A program made the position numbers and the translations under genes. Source: the human T2T-CHM13v2.0 reference genome, Homo sapiens. Taken from it: a DNA stretch of 64,000 nt. How positions within the stretch are numbered: the stretch's first letter is position 1; the number at the start of each line of letters is the position of its first letter. Below, in pieces: positions 29,535-42,330 of the stretch. The notes under the pieces were generated by a model. That model did no database searches. It saw nothing but the letters and a program-made list of their open reading frames with translations, and had not been told where the DNA came from. Location: the NCBI RefSeq assembly GCF_009914755.1, contig NC_060938.1; one strand, written 5' to 3'.

Positions 29535-29770
29535 GTAAAATATGAAAAGAGTATGGACTTTGTAGTCACACTTGGTTTTAAATTCTGGCTCTGCCATTTT
29601 CCGGCAAGTTATCTAACAAGTTGAACCGTATTTCCATTTGTAAAAATAAGAGAAAAATAGTAACACCTTCTTTGAGGATTGTTGCAAATAGTAACGTGAT
29701 ATTTTTATGTAAAGTCTGGAACATAGAAAAAATTGATTAAGAAAGAACAGTTATTATTATTTGTTATTAA
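29535..29770 (+). mobile_element. MIR
   Basis: TGGACTTTGTAGTCA..AATTCTGGCTCTGCCA..TTTCCATTTGTAAAA. Confidence 0.65.
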
Positions 29771-30374
29771 TAGTACTAGGACTGTGCCTGTTGGTAGAAC
29801 TCTTGGGCTATTTAAAAGATGGGTGGGCTGCATGATTTTGCAGCTTTAGCTGGAAAGCGTCCTGGTGTACAATGATCACATGATTATTCACCATTGGGAT
29901 TCTCTTGGTAATTTTTATACCTCTCATGCCAACCTTTAGGGAAGAGAGAGAAACCATTCTTGGTTACAATAGTTTCTAATTTCCACTTGACCCAAACTTT
30001 GCAACAGTTGTTTTACTGGAGTCATACTTGGTTCTCTGGAAAGACATGGGAACAAGTACTGAAATTGCAGTACCAGGTACGTAGTAGGTTCTCAATAAAT
30101 GCTACCTGAAGTCTGGGTGTCACCAGAGATGACAATTAAAGGATACTTTGGGAAGGGCCCTGGAAGATATAAATATTCCATATTCTGTTACTGTTTCCAC
30201 ATTTTTAAGACCTTTGGGCCCTGAGTTCATTTATGTTCTGGAGTAGAGTCCAACCTCCCTGTGAAAAAGACAAATAAGTTGATTGTAGCCTACCTCATGT
30301 AGCAATGGTTCTGCTCAAAGTTTCTCAGAGCTCAAGCCTGTACAGAGGGCCAAGGGTTAGTGGAAAGTTTGCTG

Positions 30375-30550
30375 TTGTTGTTAGCTCACTCTGTGGCCTA
30401 AGGCAAGCCATTTAACCTCTTGGTGTCTGAATTTCCTCATCTGTGAGCCAGGGATAATAATACTTCCTACCTCACAGGTGTGTTGGGGGCATTAATTAAT
30501 GTTTGTCTAGTGCTCAGGGATCTGTGATGAAAGGCAAGCATCATTATTGT
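30375..30550 (+). mobile_element. Ancient CORE-SINE (MIR1_Amn-like)
   Basis: CORE (GGCAAGCCATTTAACCTCT..TTTCCTCATCTGT..GGGATAATAATACT) followed by the amniote-type tail TTAATTAATGTTTGT..GATGAAAGGC. Confidence 0.6.
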
Positions 30551-31482
30551 TGGTTTGCTGCAGGCAAGACTAGATTATAGTCCTCCAGATGGGTTGCATA
30601 TGGGAAGTGGTTTTAGCAAAAGATTTTCCCAAATGAAATGCAGGCTTTAAGGTTTGGGGCCACTTCAAAAGAAAAGGTGCCAGTAGAACTTCATCCTTTC
30701 TCTCTTGCATCCCAGCACTATCCTTTACCGTATTTGACAAGAAGCATTTAGCTAGTTTGTTTCAGAAGTCTCTGCTCTGCATGGAATTGTAAAGATCCAG
30801 ATTAACTAGATGCGGTTATTTTTACAGAAAACTCTTAATTCCTTGTGAAGAATATTTAGTGTATAGGGACCATTTAGTGTGTCTATCCTATGATAAACAA
30901 GATTAAAAAGCCATTGTTTTAACAGCACCAGTGGACAAGTCAAACAGGCAAGAGGTTTCAAGCTTTTCATTTTGTTTTGTTTTGTTTAGCTCCCTCTTCC
31001 CTGCCACCCACTATTTAAAAAATAGCTTTCTACACTAAAGAGCATTGGTGTGTTCTTGAAAATTTTTAAAGAGGAACATTTGAGAAAGGAGTTCTGGTGA
31101 AATAGTGAGTAGAGTGTCTGGATACATTAAGGCCTGGAAGGAACTGGCAAAGAAGAAAATCTCTTCTCTGAGTGCTAGACAAATTTTTGTTTTCCAAATA
31201 TTTGAAAAATTGATACAATTAGTACATATGTCAAGTTAAAGGTCAAAGATAACTTTTCTTTTACCAAGAACAGAAGTGTATTTTCTCTTATAAATATAGA
31301 AGAGAGCAAAATGAAATATTTTGTTAATATTATCAATTCAGATAATATGAGAAATAGGAAGAATCTTCTTGTTGGTTAAATTCATGCTGCTGAAAACCTG
31401 CTGGAACAAAAATTCCAAGGCAGAAATGTAAGTGATGATAGCCCTGTTACTGCATTTGCTTCTGTTATAAAGCAACCAGTAT

Positions 31483-31745
31483 TTTATTCAGCACATATTT
31501 ATTGAGTGTACTCTAAGTTTGAGGCACTGTTCTGGGCAATGGGAAATGAGCAGTACAGATAGGGTCTCTGTTCTCATGGAGCTTACATTTTGGTGGAGGA
31601 ACACAAGAGCACACCAGAAAACAATTATAAATGCAGAGAACCAAAATGATGAGACAGAGAGTTTAATGGAGTGACTAGAAAGCCCTCTCCAGGAGGTGGC
31701 TTTAAGCTGGTAAGGCCCCTAGGTATGAGACAGTGTAAGACAATG
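31483..31745 (-). mobile_element. LINE-2 fragment
   Basis: ATTCAGCACATATTTATTGAG..GGCACTGTTCTGGGC..CTCATGGAGCTTACATT. Confidence 0.8.
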
Positions 31746-31804
31746 TTAGAAAACAACTTTGTTGTAATAAGGCTTTCAATTGGTATGGGATACAGCTTGG
31801 GATT

Positions 31805-32161
31805 CATATTAGTCCATTTTCATGCTGCTGATGAAGACATACCTGAGATTGGGTAATTCCTAAAGAAAAAGAGGTTTAATGGGCTTACAGTTCCACGTGA
31901 CTGAGGAGGCCTCACAATTGTGGTGGAAGGTGAAAGGCACATCTTACATAGTGGCAGGCAAGAGAGAAGAGAGTCAAGCAAAAGGGGAAACCCCTTATAA
32001 AATCATCAGATCTGGACTTACTCACTACCGCGAGAACAGTATGGGGGAAACTGCACCCATGATTCAATTATCTCCCACTGGATCCCTCCTACAACACATG
32101 GGAATTATGGGAATTACAATTCTAGATGAAATTTGGGTGGGGACACAGCCAAACCACATCA
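31805..32161 (-). mobile_element. THE1B-like solo LTR
   Basis: TATTAGTCCATTTTCATGCTGCTGAT..TTTGGGTGGGGACACAGCCAAACCACATCA. Perfect 5-bp TSD GGATT. Confidence 0.93.
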
Positions 32162-32984
32162 GGATTCTAGCATATCATTCCAATGTGGTGTCCAATTATT
32201 TCTTCTTAATTTAGATTCCTCCATCATCTACTGTGTACAAAGGAAAGTGGATTATGTTTGGAATCATCAAATTAGGGTGGTTGACTGGTGCTCTAGAAAG
32301 GACTGAGGACCATGTTGGGAGACCTGGTTGGTCCTGGATCTTCCACTATCTTGCTGGGTTAGTCGTGCAGTCTCATTATACTTCGGTTGGAAAAAAAAAA
32401 AAGTGAGGTGCTTCTAGGAAGAATATAAAGCATGAGTCAATTATTGTAAACCCTTTGTTTTCATAAATCTGTGAAAAGAAAGCTGCAAAAACCTAAAAAG
32501 TGCTTATATTAGTAGCTTGAAAATTTAGGATAATTAGGTAGAGAGCTGGGTTCAAAAGTTAGATATCATTAGTACTTTTATAATGAGTTTTTAAAATTCT
32601 TTATGTCTTTTTTAGAAAATGGGAGTCTTTTTAAAAACCTACAGTAGAGGGTTTTCCAAACATTAGAAAAGTAAATAATCATTACTACTATGTTTGTAAT
32701 TTCTTTACTTTTGAGTTTTTCCTGCTTTCACAAACTTCCAGAAGTGAATACTTGTGAAATGTCTTAAAGTTCTTAAAGTTAAGCATTCCTTTTGCAACAA
32801 AAATTGAACTGTTAAAAGTAAATTCAATAAGTAAATTTAGAAAATGATTTATACTCTAATATCCCAAACTCTTCACAAGGAATTAAGAATTTTCTTCAAC
32901 AATAATATCCCAAACACAATTTTATGAGCAAGTGAGATTATGCATATTTTTGTCTACAAACTAACAAAGTGACACTAACAGCAT

Positions 32985-33180
32985 TACCTTCTGTAGTGCT
33001 TAACACTTTTCAAAACAATTTTATTTCATTTAATCCTTACAACTGCTTTGGAATTAAATTGGACAGAATTTATTATTCCTGCTTTAGATAAGAAGCTCAA
33101 GAGTTAGAATTTCCCTGGAGTTGCACAGCTGGTAACTTAAGCTTGAATCTAGGATCCTGCTGCTGTCTAGAGTTTCTACT
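32985..33180 (-). mobile_element. MIR
   Basis: TCATTTAATCCTTACAAC..TTATTATTCCTGCTTTAGATAAGAAGCTCAAGAG. Confidence 0.6.
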
Positions 33181-34848
33181 TCTAAAAATGGGTATACCCC
33201 TAACCTAGGTTTCTCTTCTGTATTTCTGGGTTTTTTTTTTTCAGGATTCCAAACTACTTTCAAGAATTTTCTAGAAGGCTTTGAGGCTGATGTGTGGCAC
33301 ACGAGTTTATAAATAAGTTTGGGAAGCTATAGTGATTCTGCAACTTGCATCCCTTCTGCTGCGTTCCTGCTCCTTGGTGTCCTACATGTCTGTCTGGCAT
33401 ATCCGTCACTTTTGTGGGACACTCTTACCTATGGCCAGGGTGAGACCTGTGTTGGATGTGTTGGATGTTTCCCTTGTTTTTAGAAAAACCTAGGCAGGAA
33501 TGGTACATCTCATTTTTAGTTCATTTAACTATATTGTGGCAATGTAAAACTAAGACCAGACACTTTTAAAAACATTTTTTTCATGGAGTATCAAATTTTA
33601 ACAATGTGATTTCTAGTATCTGATTACCTTTGGCTTACTGTCAGTAAACGTAATGTTTAGAGTGATGAAGAACAAATAACATAACTTTGAACCACCCTCC
33701 AGACCTTATATTCTACCGCGGTCACAAAATATTAGACCTTTCCATTAGAATATGATGGAATGATTATGTGCAAGATTTTGAGACACTACTATAAGATCTG
33801 CTAAATACATCTACAGGTCAAAGATTGGGGGGGGGAATAATCTACTTGAAAGCTGTGGAGAAAAGATGGACGAAACACAAGGGAATAAATAAGAGTTGAG
33901 TTTAGAGAGAAGAACCAGACATGATTTTGTTCAAAATTTCATTCTTTATTAGCAATAAATTAAAATAAGGTGGATTTTTTTGATGAGTCATAAGATAGAT
34001 GTTGCATGAAAGGGCAGTGGAATCAACAGGCACAAAATAAGATGGCCAAACATGGAAAAATGATCATAGGTAGAGCATTTGTTCCAGTTGCCTTTTATCT
34101 TTTACACCTGTGTTTGAATTCACCCAAACTTGCGTAAATCCTTTACACAGCTGTCGAAATTGCACCTGAAAAAAGGCTGAAGTAGTCTCAGACGGGCTAA
34201 CATTTCATCATCCTGAATACTTAAACCCAAACAGGTTTAAACACTTTGCCAAACCCAAGGATAACGGGCTTCCCATTGATCTTCGCTCTGCTCAAATGTT
34301 CAACTGTGTGTGCCAAAATGTACACTGCAGACTGCATTGTGTCGATTCCAACAATTTTTAGCTGCAGACAAGCTCAAAAACAAAGTTTTAAGGATGGCAG
34401 GTCTCCTTTAAAATCTACAAAGAAACACATACTTTCATATATGTAATTAGATAAAGAGCAGTTGGCTGTTTGTACAAACAGATCTTCTAAATTTATTTTT
34501 TCTTGTAAACAAATAGTTTAAATTTGTATAATTCGAAAAGAGCTAGTCACATTTCTGGTATTTTCACTGGACTATTTCTGATGTGTAATCTGACCTCCAC
34601 AATCTTATCACCTTTAATTTGGGGTCTATAATTAATTTTTTCCATTAATAAATTATAAAGGTATATATCAACATTGTAATGAAATTCACACAGCACAGAA
34701 AGATATAGAGCTAACAGTACAAGTCCTCCTTTACTCTGTTTCCTCAAAACTCCCCTCCCCAGAGGTAACCTCTTTCAACAGTTTGATGTATATCCTTCCA
34801 GATCTTTTGTAAAATGCATTAATTTGCATGTGTGTGTCTGTGTAATTA

Positions 34849-34900
34849 TGAATAAATTTTATCATAACATACTGTGAATAAATTCTATCATAACATTCTG
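34849..34900. repeat. 26-bp tandem duplication in an old L1ME-like fragment
   Basis: TGAATAAATTTTATCATAACATACTG / TGAATAAATTCTATCATAACATTCTG. Confidence 0.9.
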
Positions 34901-35348
34901 CCATTATCTTTTCCTTAGAATATCATAATGTATTATCAATCTTTAAAAATTTGTCCAGCCTAATCAGTGAAAGGTGGTATCCCCGGGTATAGGATTTTCT
35001 CTGGGTGGGGACTAGATGCACTTAAACTATTTTCTTCAAACTTAATTCTTCACTCTCTGCTTCCTTGTTCATACTAGCAAAAGTTGGGAGGCTCTTTTTC
35101 TGGCTAAACATGGCATTAAGAGGAAGTGAATCTGAAAGTTGACCCTGAGGAAAATTTGGGGCTTGTCTTCATTATGGAAAAAAGAAAGGAAATTCCACGT
35201 AAGGGAGCTTTTTTCTCTGTGCAAAGCCATAGAAACCTGAGTGCCTTCCTGTTTTCTTGGTCCAAACTATCTGGAGCTATCTTCAAGGCTAACCTGATCC
35301 GTGTTTTTTCCACTGTGCTCTCACTAAGGACTACATTCAGTTATACAT

Positions 35349-35645
<297 letters not shown>

Positions 35646-36100
35646 CAGTTCTACATTTTAATGGGCTTCCCATATGGCATGCTTCCATACCCCTGCTGGA
35701 ATGTTTATTTCTCTTCCTCAAAAGGAGTTTCTTCCTAAGGGAAAAGATGGATTTCCCTCAGTTTGGCAGAGAAGTCCCCAGAGCAGACCCTTGACTGAAC
35801 TTTGTAAGTTGATTTGAAAATAGTTATAGAGAGATTTGGCTGCTGGGGGGGGGAACTTGAGAGAAACCTGATTGGCAAGATAATCACCAGGCCATTGAAG
35901 ATGGCATTGGTGGGAAGCTGAGGGTTAGTGGGTGTGATAGAGTCAAAAGACAAATTGATGTAAGCAGCATATCTCTAATGTTGAATAATGAGGTTGAAAA
36001 CCTGACGATGCAACAATGCTTTTAGTATTTGGCTTTTGGATCTGAGCCAGAATAAATTAAGGAGAGAGTCCTGATAAAATGAAGTGACCTTCATTAATTT

Positions 36101-36678
36101 TGTCACCATGTGCCATTTATTGTCTTTCAGCTTCAAGCCCACCCTTCTATATTCTTTAATTGATGCTGAGACTGGGCCCTTGCAAACAAGTTGGCTTTGC
36201 CAACTGGCTCCCTATGAGGCTTTGCCATTGGGGGATGCTAAATGGAGAAGACGTGCTCCTTCCTGTTTCCTCTGGGTTTCCTGTTTCTGTGACCATCACC
36301 CAGCCTCACTTCTTTCCCAAACCTGGAACCAGTACTTGATTCCAGGTGCAGCCATGGACTCCAACCAGTTGTTTTTCCAACACTCACAGAATCTGCTTTC
36401 TCTCGTCTCCAACTCCTGAAACACCAGCCCCACAGCTGAGATGCTCCCTTGCTCAGAGGTTTGAGTTTTTCAGCTCCCTGCAGGCCCACTTTCTAAGTTT
36501 TAATACATCTAGTCTCTTCTCTTTGCTTCCAGAGCCTTAAGGTTGGTAGTTGCTTCCTGTAATTGTAACCTCTGTGATATCTTAATGTTTCCCTTTTGAA
36601 TGTTCTGCTCTTCAATATCTAGTTAACAGTTCTTTATGGTACCCTATTTCTGTCTTTTTACCAGACCTGACTGACACA
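36101..36678 (+). mobile_element. ERVL solo LTR, LTR33 family
   Basis: TTGTCTTTCAGCTTCAAGCCCACCCTTCTATATTCT..GATGCTG..CTGGCTCCCT, ending CTGACTGACACA. Confidence 0.75.
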
Positions 36679-38361
36679 GGCTCTCCCAAGATGGAGAATA
36701 AAGGGGAAACTCATGAATTTCTATGTCATTCAGGAATGACACTGAGGCCTTCATTATGTGGGGATGGTGAGAATATAGGGGAAGAGGTACATTTGACAAA
36801 TGTCAGGTGGGAAGGAACCAATAGGACTTGATGATTAGAAACAGGGAGTGAAGACAGAGGACAGTATAATAGGTGAAGTTTCCATCCTGGTGGTTGGGAA
36901 AATGATATTGCTTTAGAATACTGGGAAAGTTGGGAAAAGAAATAAGTCCAGGTAAGGGACGTGCAAGTGGAGATATTTTAAAGGCATGTGTTAAAGAGGA
37001 ACTGAAATTCAAGGGAGAACTGGAGAGATGACCTCAACTGTGAGCATGGAGACAGTGGCTTAGTTCCCTGAGGATGTGAGGATGGAACAGTAGTTGCCAG
37101 GTAACTTGCAGAAAGGAGCTTAGTCTAAAGTCCAGCATGTGGCCTCCTGCCCATAACAAACACAGATAACCTTCTTTTTAATAACCTGTACAGGTTAGGA
37201 AGAATAGGAACTACAGGACCACTATTTTAACTAGAAGAAGATATTAGTGATTATTTGAGATTCTGTCATTGCTTGCATAAGCAAACTTCACTTCTGGGTG
37301 AGTCAATCGAATGGAGTGTCAATGAACAATGTTACCTTTAATTTTTTTATGATGGAAGCAGATGAGCAAGCTACATAAACAGCCACTTTACATGAGCAGA
37401 AGACTATGAAGCTTGTTGTCATCAAATAAAATGCACAGCAAAGCTCATCTGACACACGTTTGATAATATTCACGGTTATTATTGTGCTACACTGTAATTA
37501 GGCACAGGTGCTAAGCAGTTCTTGTAAAATATTGTAATTCATATTGATGAAAGTCAAACCAACTTTTTATACTTTTTACTTTTTAACTTTATCTAAAATG
37601 GATCTCAGCAGTTTTCATTGATACCATGTACCATCAATTAAAATCCATCTGTCAAACATGTATTGAGTTGTTATTATTTTCCAGGTACTGTGCTGGGCTC
37701 TGGGGCATAAAAATATGAACAGAATTGCCAAAAGTTGAGTTTATGTGTGCACTTAAATCTGAGCACATGTACGCTCCTGAGTGATCCACACGTTTCTGCA
37801 TAATGATCCTGTATCCTGTACTCTGCATTCTCCTTGAGTAAAAGTACAACTTCCTCTGATATCATTTCTTGCTTCAGTTGACAACCTTACTCCTCCCATG
37901 CCTGCCTTTTTCCAGCCCTCTGTGGGGCATTGAGGGGTTCTCCACCAGCATTTCCCATTCTAACTTTTCTGGAGGGTAGGTGTCTTGACACGAGAGAACT
38001 CGGGCTCATGACGTCGGAATAATAGACACACGGTAGATTGGATGGCATAGGCAATAGAGAAACACAGGAAGAAGGGGCCTTTCCTCCGTAGAAATGGACT
38101 GTCTTACAGAAGGGAGAGGTAAAGGTTAGGAGCAAGAGCCTATGTCAGGGCTGGGAAAATAGCTGGGAGCTGACTAGGATAGGACACGTGCTTGAGTAGG
38201 ACGGTTTCCTTCCCGAAGAAACTATCACCCAGCAACTCTAGGGGAGGGGCCCTGAGTAACAGAAGCTGGTATAGTCTCTAACCTGTTCTCCCAAATAAGA
38301 CAGAAGAACATATTTGAGAGAGATGCTGAAGAACATTGCCCCCTTCTTTTGGCCCCTCACG

Positions 38362-38750
38362 AATCAGTCCGGATAGGTTAAATAATGTTGCTGTAATAAA
38401 CAACCTTCAGGTCTTAGTGGTGCAGTACTACAAAGATGTATGTCTCCCTTAGTTTGCGCATCCATCATAGGATGGCTAGGTGCTTTGCTCCATGTCCTCC
38501 TCACTCAGGATGCAAGCTGACAGAACCTCCACTATCTGGGAACATCATTGATTTCTCAGTCAAGGGGAAGGAAAGGGCAAATCACACACTGGCTCTTAAA
38601 GGTTCTACCCAGAAATGCATAAGTCATTTCATTCACATGTCATTGTGAATGTGTAAATGTGTAAAGCAAGTCACACACATGATAATGCCATTCTTCAAGG
38701 TGGCAGAGAAGTACACTTCTACTATTTGCCCAGAAGTAAGAGTGCTAGAA
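38362..38750 (-). mobile_element. MaLR LTR (MLT1I/J-like)
   Basis: GGATAGGTTAAATAATGTTGCTGTAATAAACAACC..CACACTGGCTCTTAAAG. Confidence 0.65.
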
Positions 38751-39139
38751 ACATCCTTCCTAAGATACCTATGCATTATGCAATGGGTTACTGGTGATTC
38801 TTAAGGAGCAACTACATGGGTAGTAATAGTGTGATTTTCCAGGGTCACTGGAATGAGAATCTTCCACTGTCCTTGAAATATCTTTTTTACCTACTCTATG
38901 ATGCATGGAGTTCCTTTAATAGCACATAGTATTGTGTGTATTAAGTAAGGAAGTCTTAAAATACCTAATTAATAATGCTTGTTTATATGGTTACAAATCT
39001 GGTCCTTTGTGTTTTGCTAAAAGGGAAGGGCTCTCTACAGGGCATGAAAGACAAGGTGCTCTGCTGCGTACTGTGCATTTCTAATATGCGAGGGAGCTTT
39101 TAGGAAAGTTGTTTGGTTTAACCCTCTCAATAACTCGAG

Positions 39140-39365
39140 ATGGTTTAGTAGTTAAGAACATAGACTCTGGAGCTAGACTGCCTAGGTTGAATTCTACCTT
39201 TACTATTTAGCACTTCTGTGACCTTGGGCAATTCCATCATTCCTCTGTGCCTCAGTTTCCTTATCCAAAAAATAGAGATAATAATAGTGTCTACCTCGTA
39301 GGGTTTTGAAGAGGAGTTAGTGTTTGCAAAGTGCTAGTAACAAAGACTAGCAAAAGGTATGCTCT
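39140..39365 (+). mobile_element. MIR
   Basis: TGTGACCTTGGGCAA..CTCTGTGCCTCAGTTTCCTTATC. Confidence 0.85.
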
Positions 39366-39667
39366 CTATAAAAGCATTGGTTATATAAATAAACTATTTT
39401 ATTTAGAGTTTATTACCAAGTAGTCTCATTTACCAAGAGGAAACTAGGGCTCACAGAAATTAAATAATTTTCTTGAGGAGAGGAAAGATCCAATATTTAT
39501 ATCACTTCTCTCCAAAGTCCATGTTCTTTGTTTTACACCACATTGGGGGCTGGATAACAAAGTCAAAAGGAGAGAAAAATATAGAAATGTAAGACATGAA
39601 AAGCAAGCTTTTCCATCTTCTCAACATTGCCTTCACTTGCACCCACAAATTTTCATGTTCTTAGTAG

Positions 39668-40011
<344 letters not shown>

Positions 40012-40300
40012 TGACCTGTTAAAGTTACAGTAGCTGGGAGCACTTTTCAGCCACTGCCCAAGCCTTGAGGATTTGACAATCTTATGTGAATAAGCATAAT
40101 TGCTCCATGTATGAAATGTTTGGTTGAAGTATGAGTGGTACATTTTCACCTTGAAAGAAAAGTCCTTTTGAACATCCTGAGGTCCATAAAAGAGCAAGAT
40201 AAATTCAGTGTGTTTCAAATGTTAGGTGTGAAAGATAAATGGGAGCAAATGAAGACTTTCCCATGTCAAGTTGCCAAGAGTCAAGAGATGTGCATTCTGA

Positions 40301-40606
<306 letters not shown>

Positions 40607-40771
40607 TCACCTTCTTTTTTTAAAGAACCCATATGATTATAAGAAGGAACTAGTGTCTAGTGGTTAAGAGCAAACTATGAAGTCAGAGAGCCCAAATTTG
40701 AATCCAAGCTTTATCACTTACTAGCTTTGTGTTGGTCAGTTTTCTCATTTAAACAACAGAGATTATGACAT

Positions 40772-41262
40772 TATAGTTGCCTCCCAATAGTCATCCCACC
40801 TCCCTACAACTCTGCAGAATGTGCTTTAGGTGAAACTGACCCCATCCACAACTTCAGAAGTGGGTCCCTATTAGTCTCAGCCAATCATTGTATTCCCACC
40901 CTTTGTCCCAGTGTTGATACCAGGGATGTGCAGATAACTCATGCCTCTGTCTGAAGCTCTGTATAAAAAGCCAGTTTTGTTCATTGATTCTGAGATGATA
41001 TCCAGTCTCTTGAATGCAAATGAGAAAGCATGTAGGCCGGACTATTGCTAGCAACATTTTATGATGGTGAGGGGAATCAACTTGGTGACAAATCTAACAC
41101 ATGGAGGAGAAGAGAGCTGAGGGAACTGCAGAGAAATTGATCTAAGCACTGATCAAGATGTATCTGAAGCCCACAGTACTGATGGAATTTTTGGTTATAT
41201 GAGCAATAAATCTCCCTTACTTGTTAAGCCAGTTTGAGTTATTTGCCACATAAAGCATAACA
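40772..41262 (+). mobile_element. MaLR LTR (MLT1K-like) nested in a MIR (40650-40770, 41265-41345)
   Basis: AGCCAATCA, CTGATCAAG..CTGAAGCC, GAGCAATAAATCTCCC..TTAAGCCAGTTTGAGTT. MIR halves on either side. Confidence 0.7.
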
Positions 41263-41929
41263 ATTCGTATGCTTACTTCTAGAATGGTTGTGGGGGTTGA
41301 ATGAGACTGTGTGAGTAAATTTCTTAGCAGAGTGCCTGGTGTGATCTAAGACAGTCTCCATCGTGGCAGTACAATTACTGTCACATAGTAGGGGAGAGGT
41401 GGGAGGCTACAGATAATGACATGTAACCAAGCCCTGGGAATAGGGTGGTGGTGATTTCTGGTGCAGAGGTTAGGAATTAAGAATAGAAGAAATCACTTAA
41501 ACCTTCTATTTCATCAATCTCTCCGGCTAATTACTAATTAGTTTACTATTTAATTGGTAACTACAGCTATTAATTATGTTAGGAAATAAAAAGGTTTATA
41601 AATATGCAGTCTTATATATTGTATAATTTAGAATCATGAATCAGAAGGAGATACGTGATTTGCTTGTCAATTCAGAGGGCTCCAGGTCTTCAGCATATCT
41701 TAGAGAATGGAGTGCAGCAGAGCTCTTAAATATTTGTCAACAGTTGGATGAATGGGAAAGTAGAATTTTTAAAATACCACCACCACTGAAGTAAAATCAG
41801 TTGAGATCACAGTGTTGTCACAGTCTTCAGCTGTGAGGGAATGTAGGGGCAGAAACCTGTCTTTCTGAGGAATGTGGGTGAGGGACTGCTCCGGGCCCCT
41901 CTGGGAGTTCCAGGGACTGGGGCCTGAGG

Positions 41930-42330
41930 AAAGGGTGCTATTGACAGCCTGGAGAAACAGGGAGACAACCAAGGGGGAGTGGAGAGATAATGAGCTCTGC
42001 ATCTGACATGTTTAGTTTTAGGAGGTGGTGGGACACCCAAGTAGAGATATTCTGCAGACAGAAAGAAATATGGGACTGAAGAGAGGGTGAGAGGTCACGG
42101 CTGGGGCTGGAGATGGGGAGTCATATGCATTCAGGTGGTAATTAAAGCCATCTGATGGGAGCTTCCATGAGGAGTGTGCTGTGAGGGAACAAAGCCCATG
42201 GCCCCAAACTGAGCCTTGCTGGAGGAAAGAAGGAAAAGAGAGGGAAATGCACTCACAGGAGGTTCAGGAAAGAAATGATGAGAGAGGAAGCAATAGACAG
42301 AGTATGGTTCTGATGGCCCAGGGCAAAGAG
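41930..42330 (-). mobile_element. LINE-2 fragment
   Basis: GGGCTGGAGATGGGGAGTCAT..GGTGGTAATTAAAGCCAT; purine-rich, L2-like. Confidence 0.6.

Noticed and set aside
32075-32100. PRDM9 hotspot motif in the THE1B LTR
   Set aside because: The copy reads CCTCCTACAACAC, not CCTCCCTNNCCAC.
36223-36240. CTCF motif in the LTR33-type element
   Set aside because: Decayed to GCCATTGGGGGATGCT; key positions lost.
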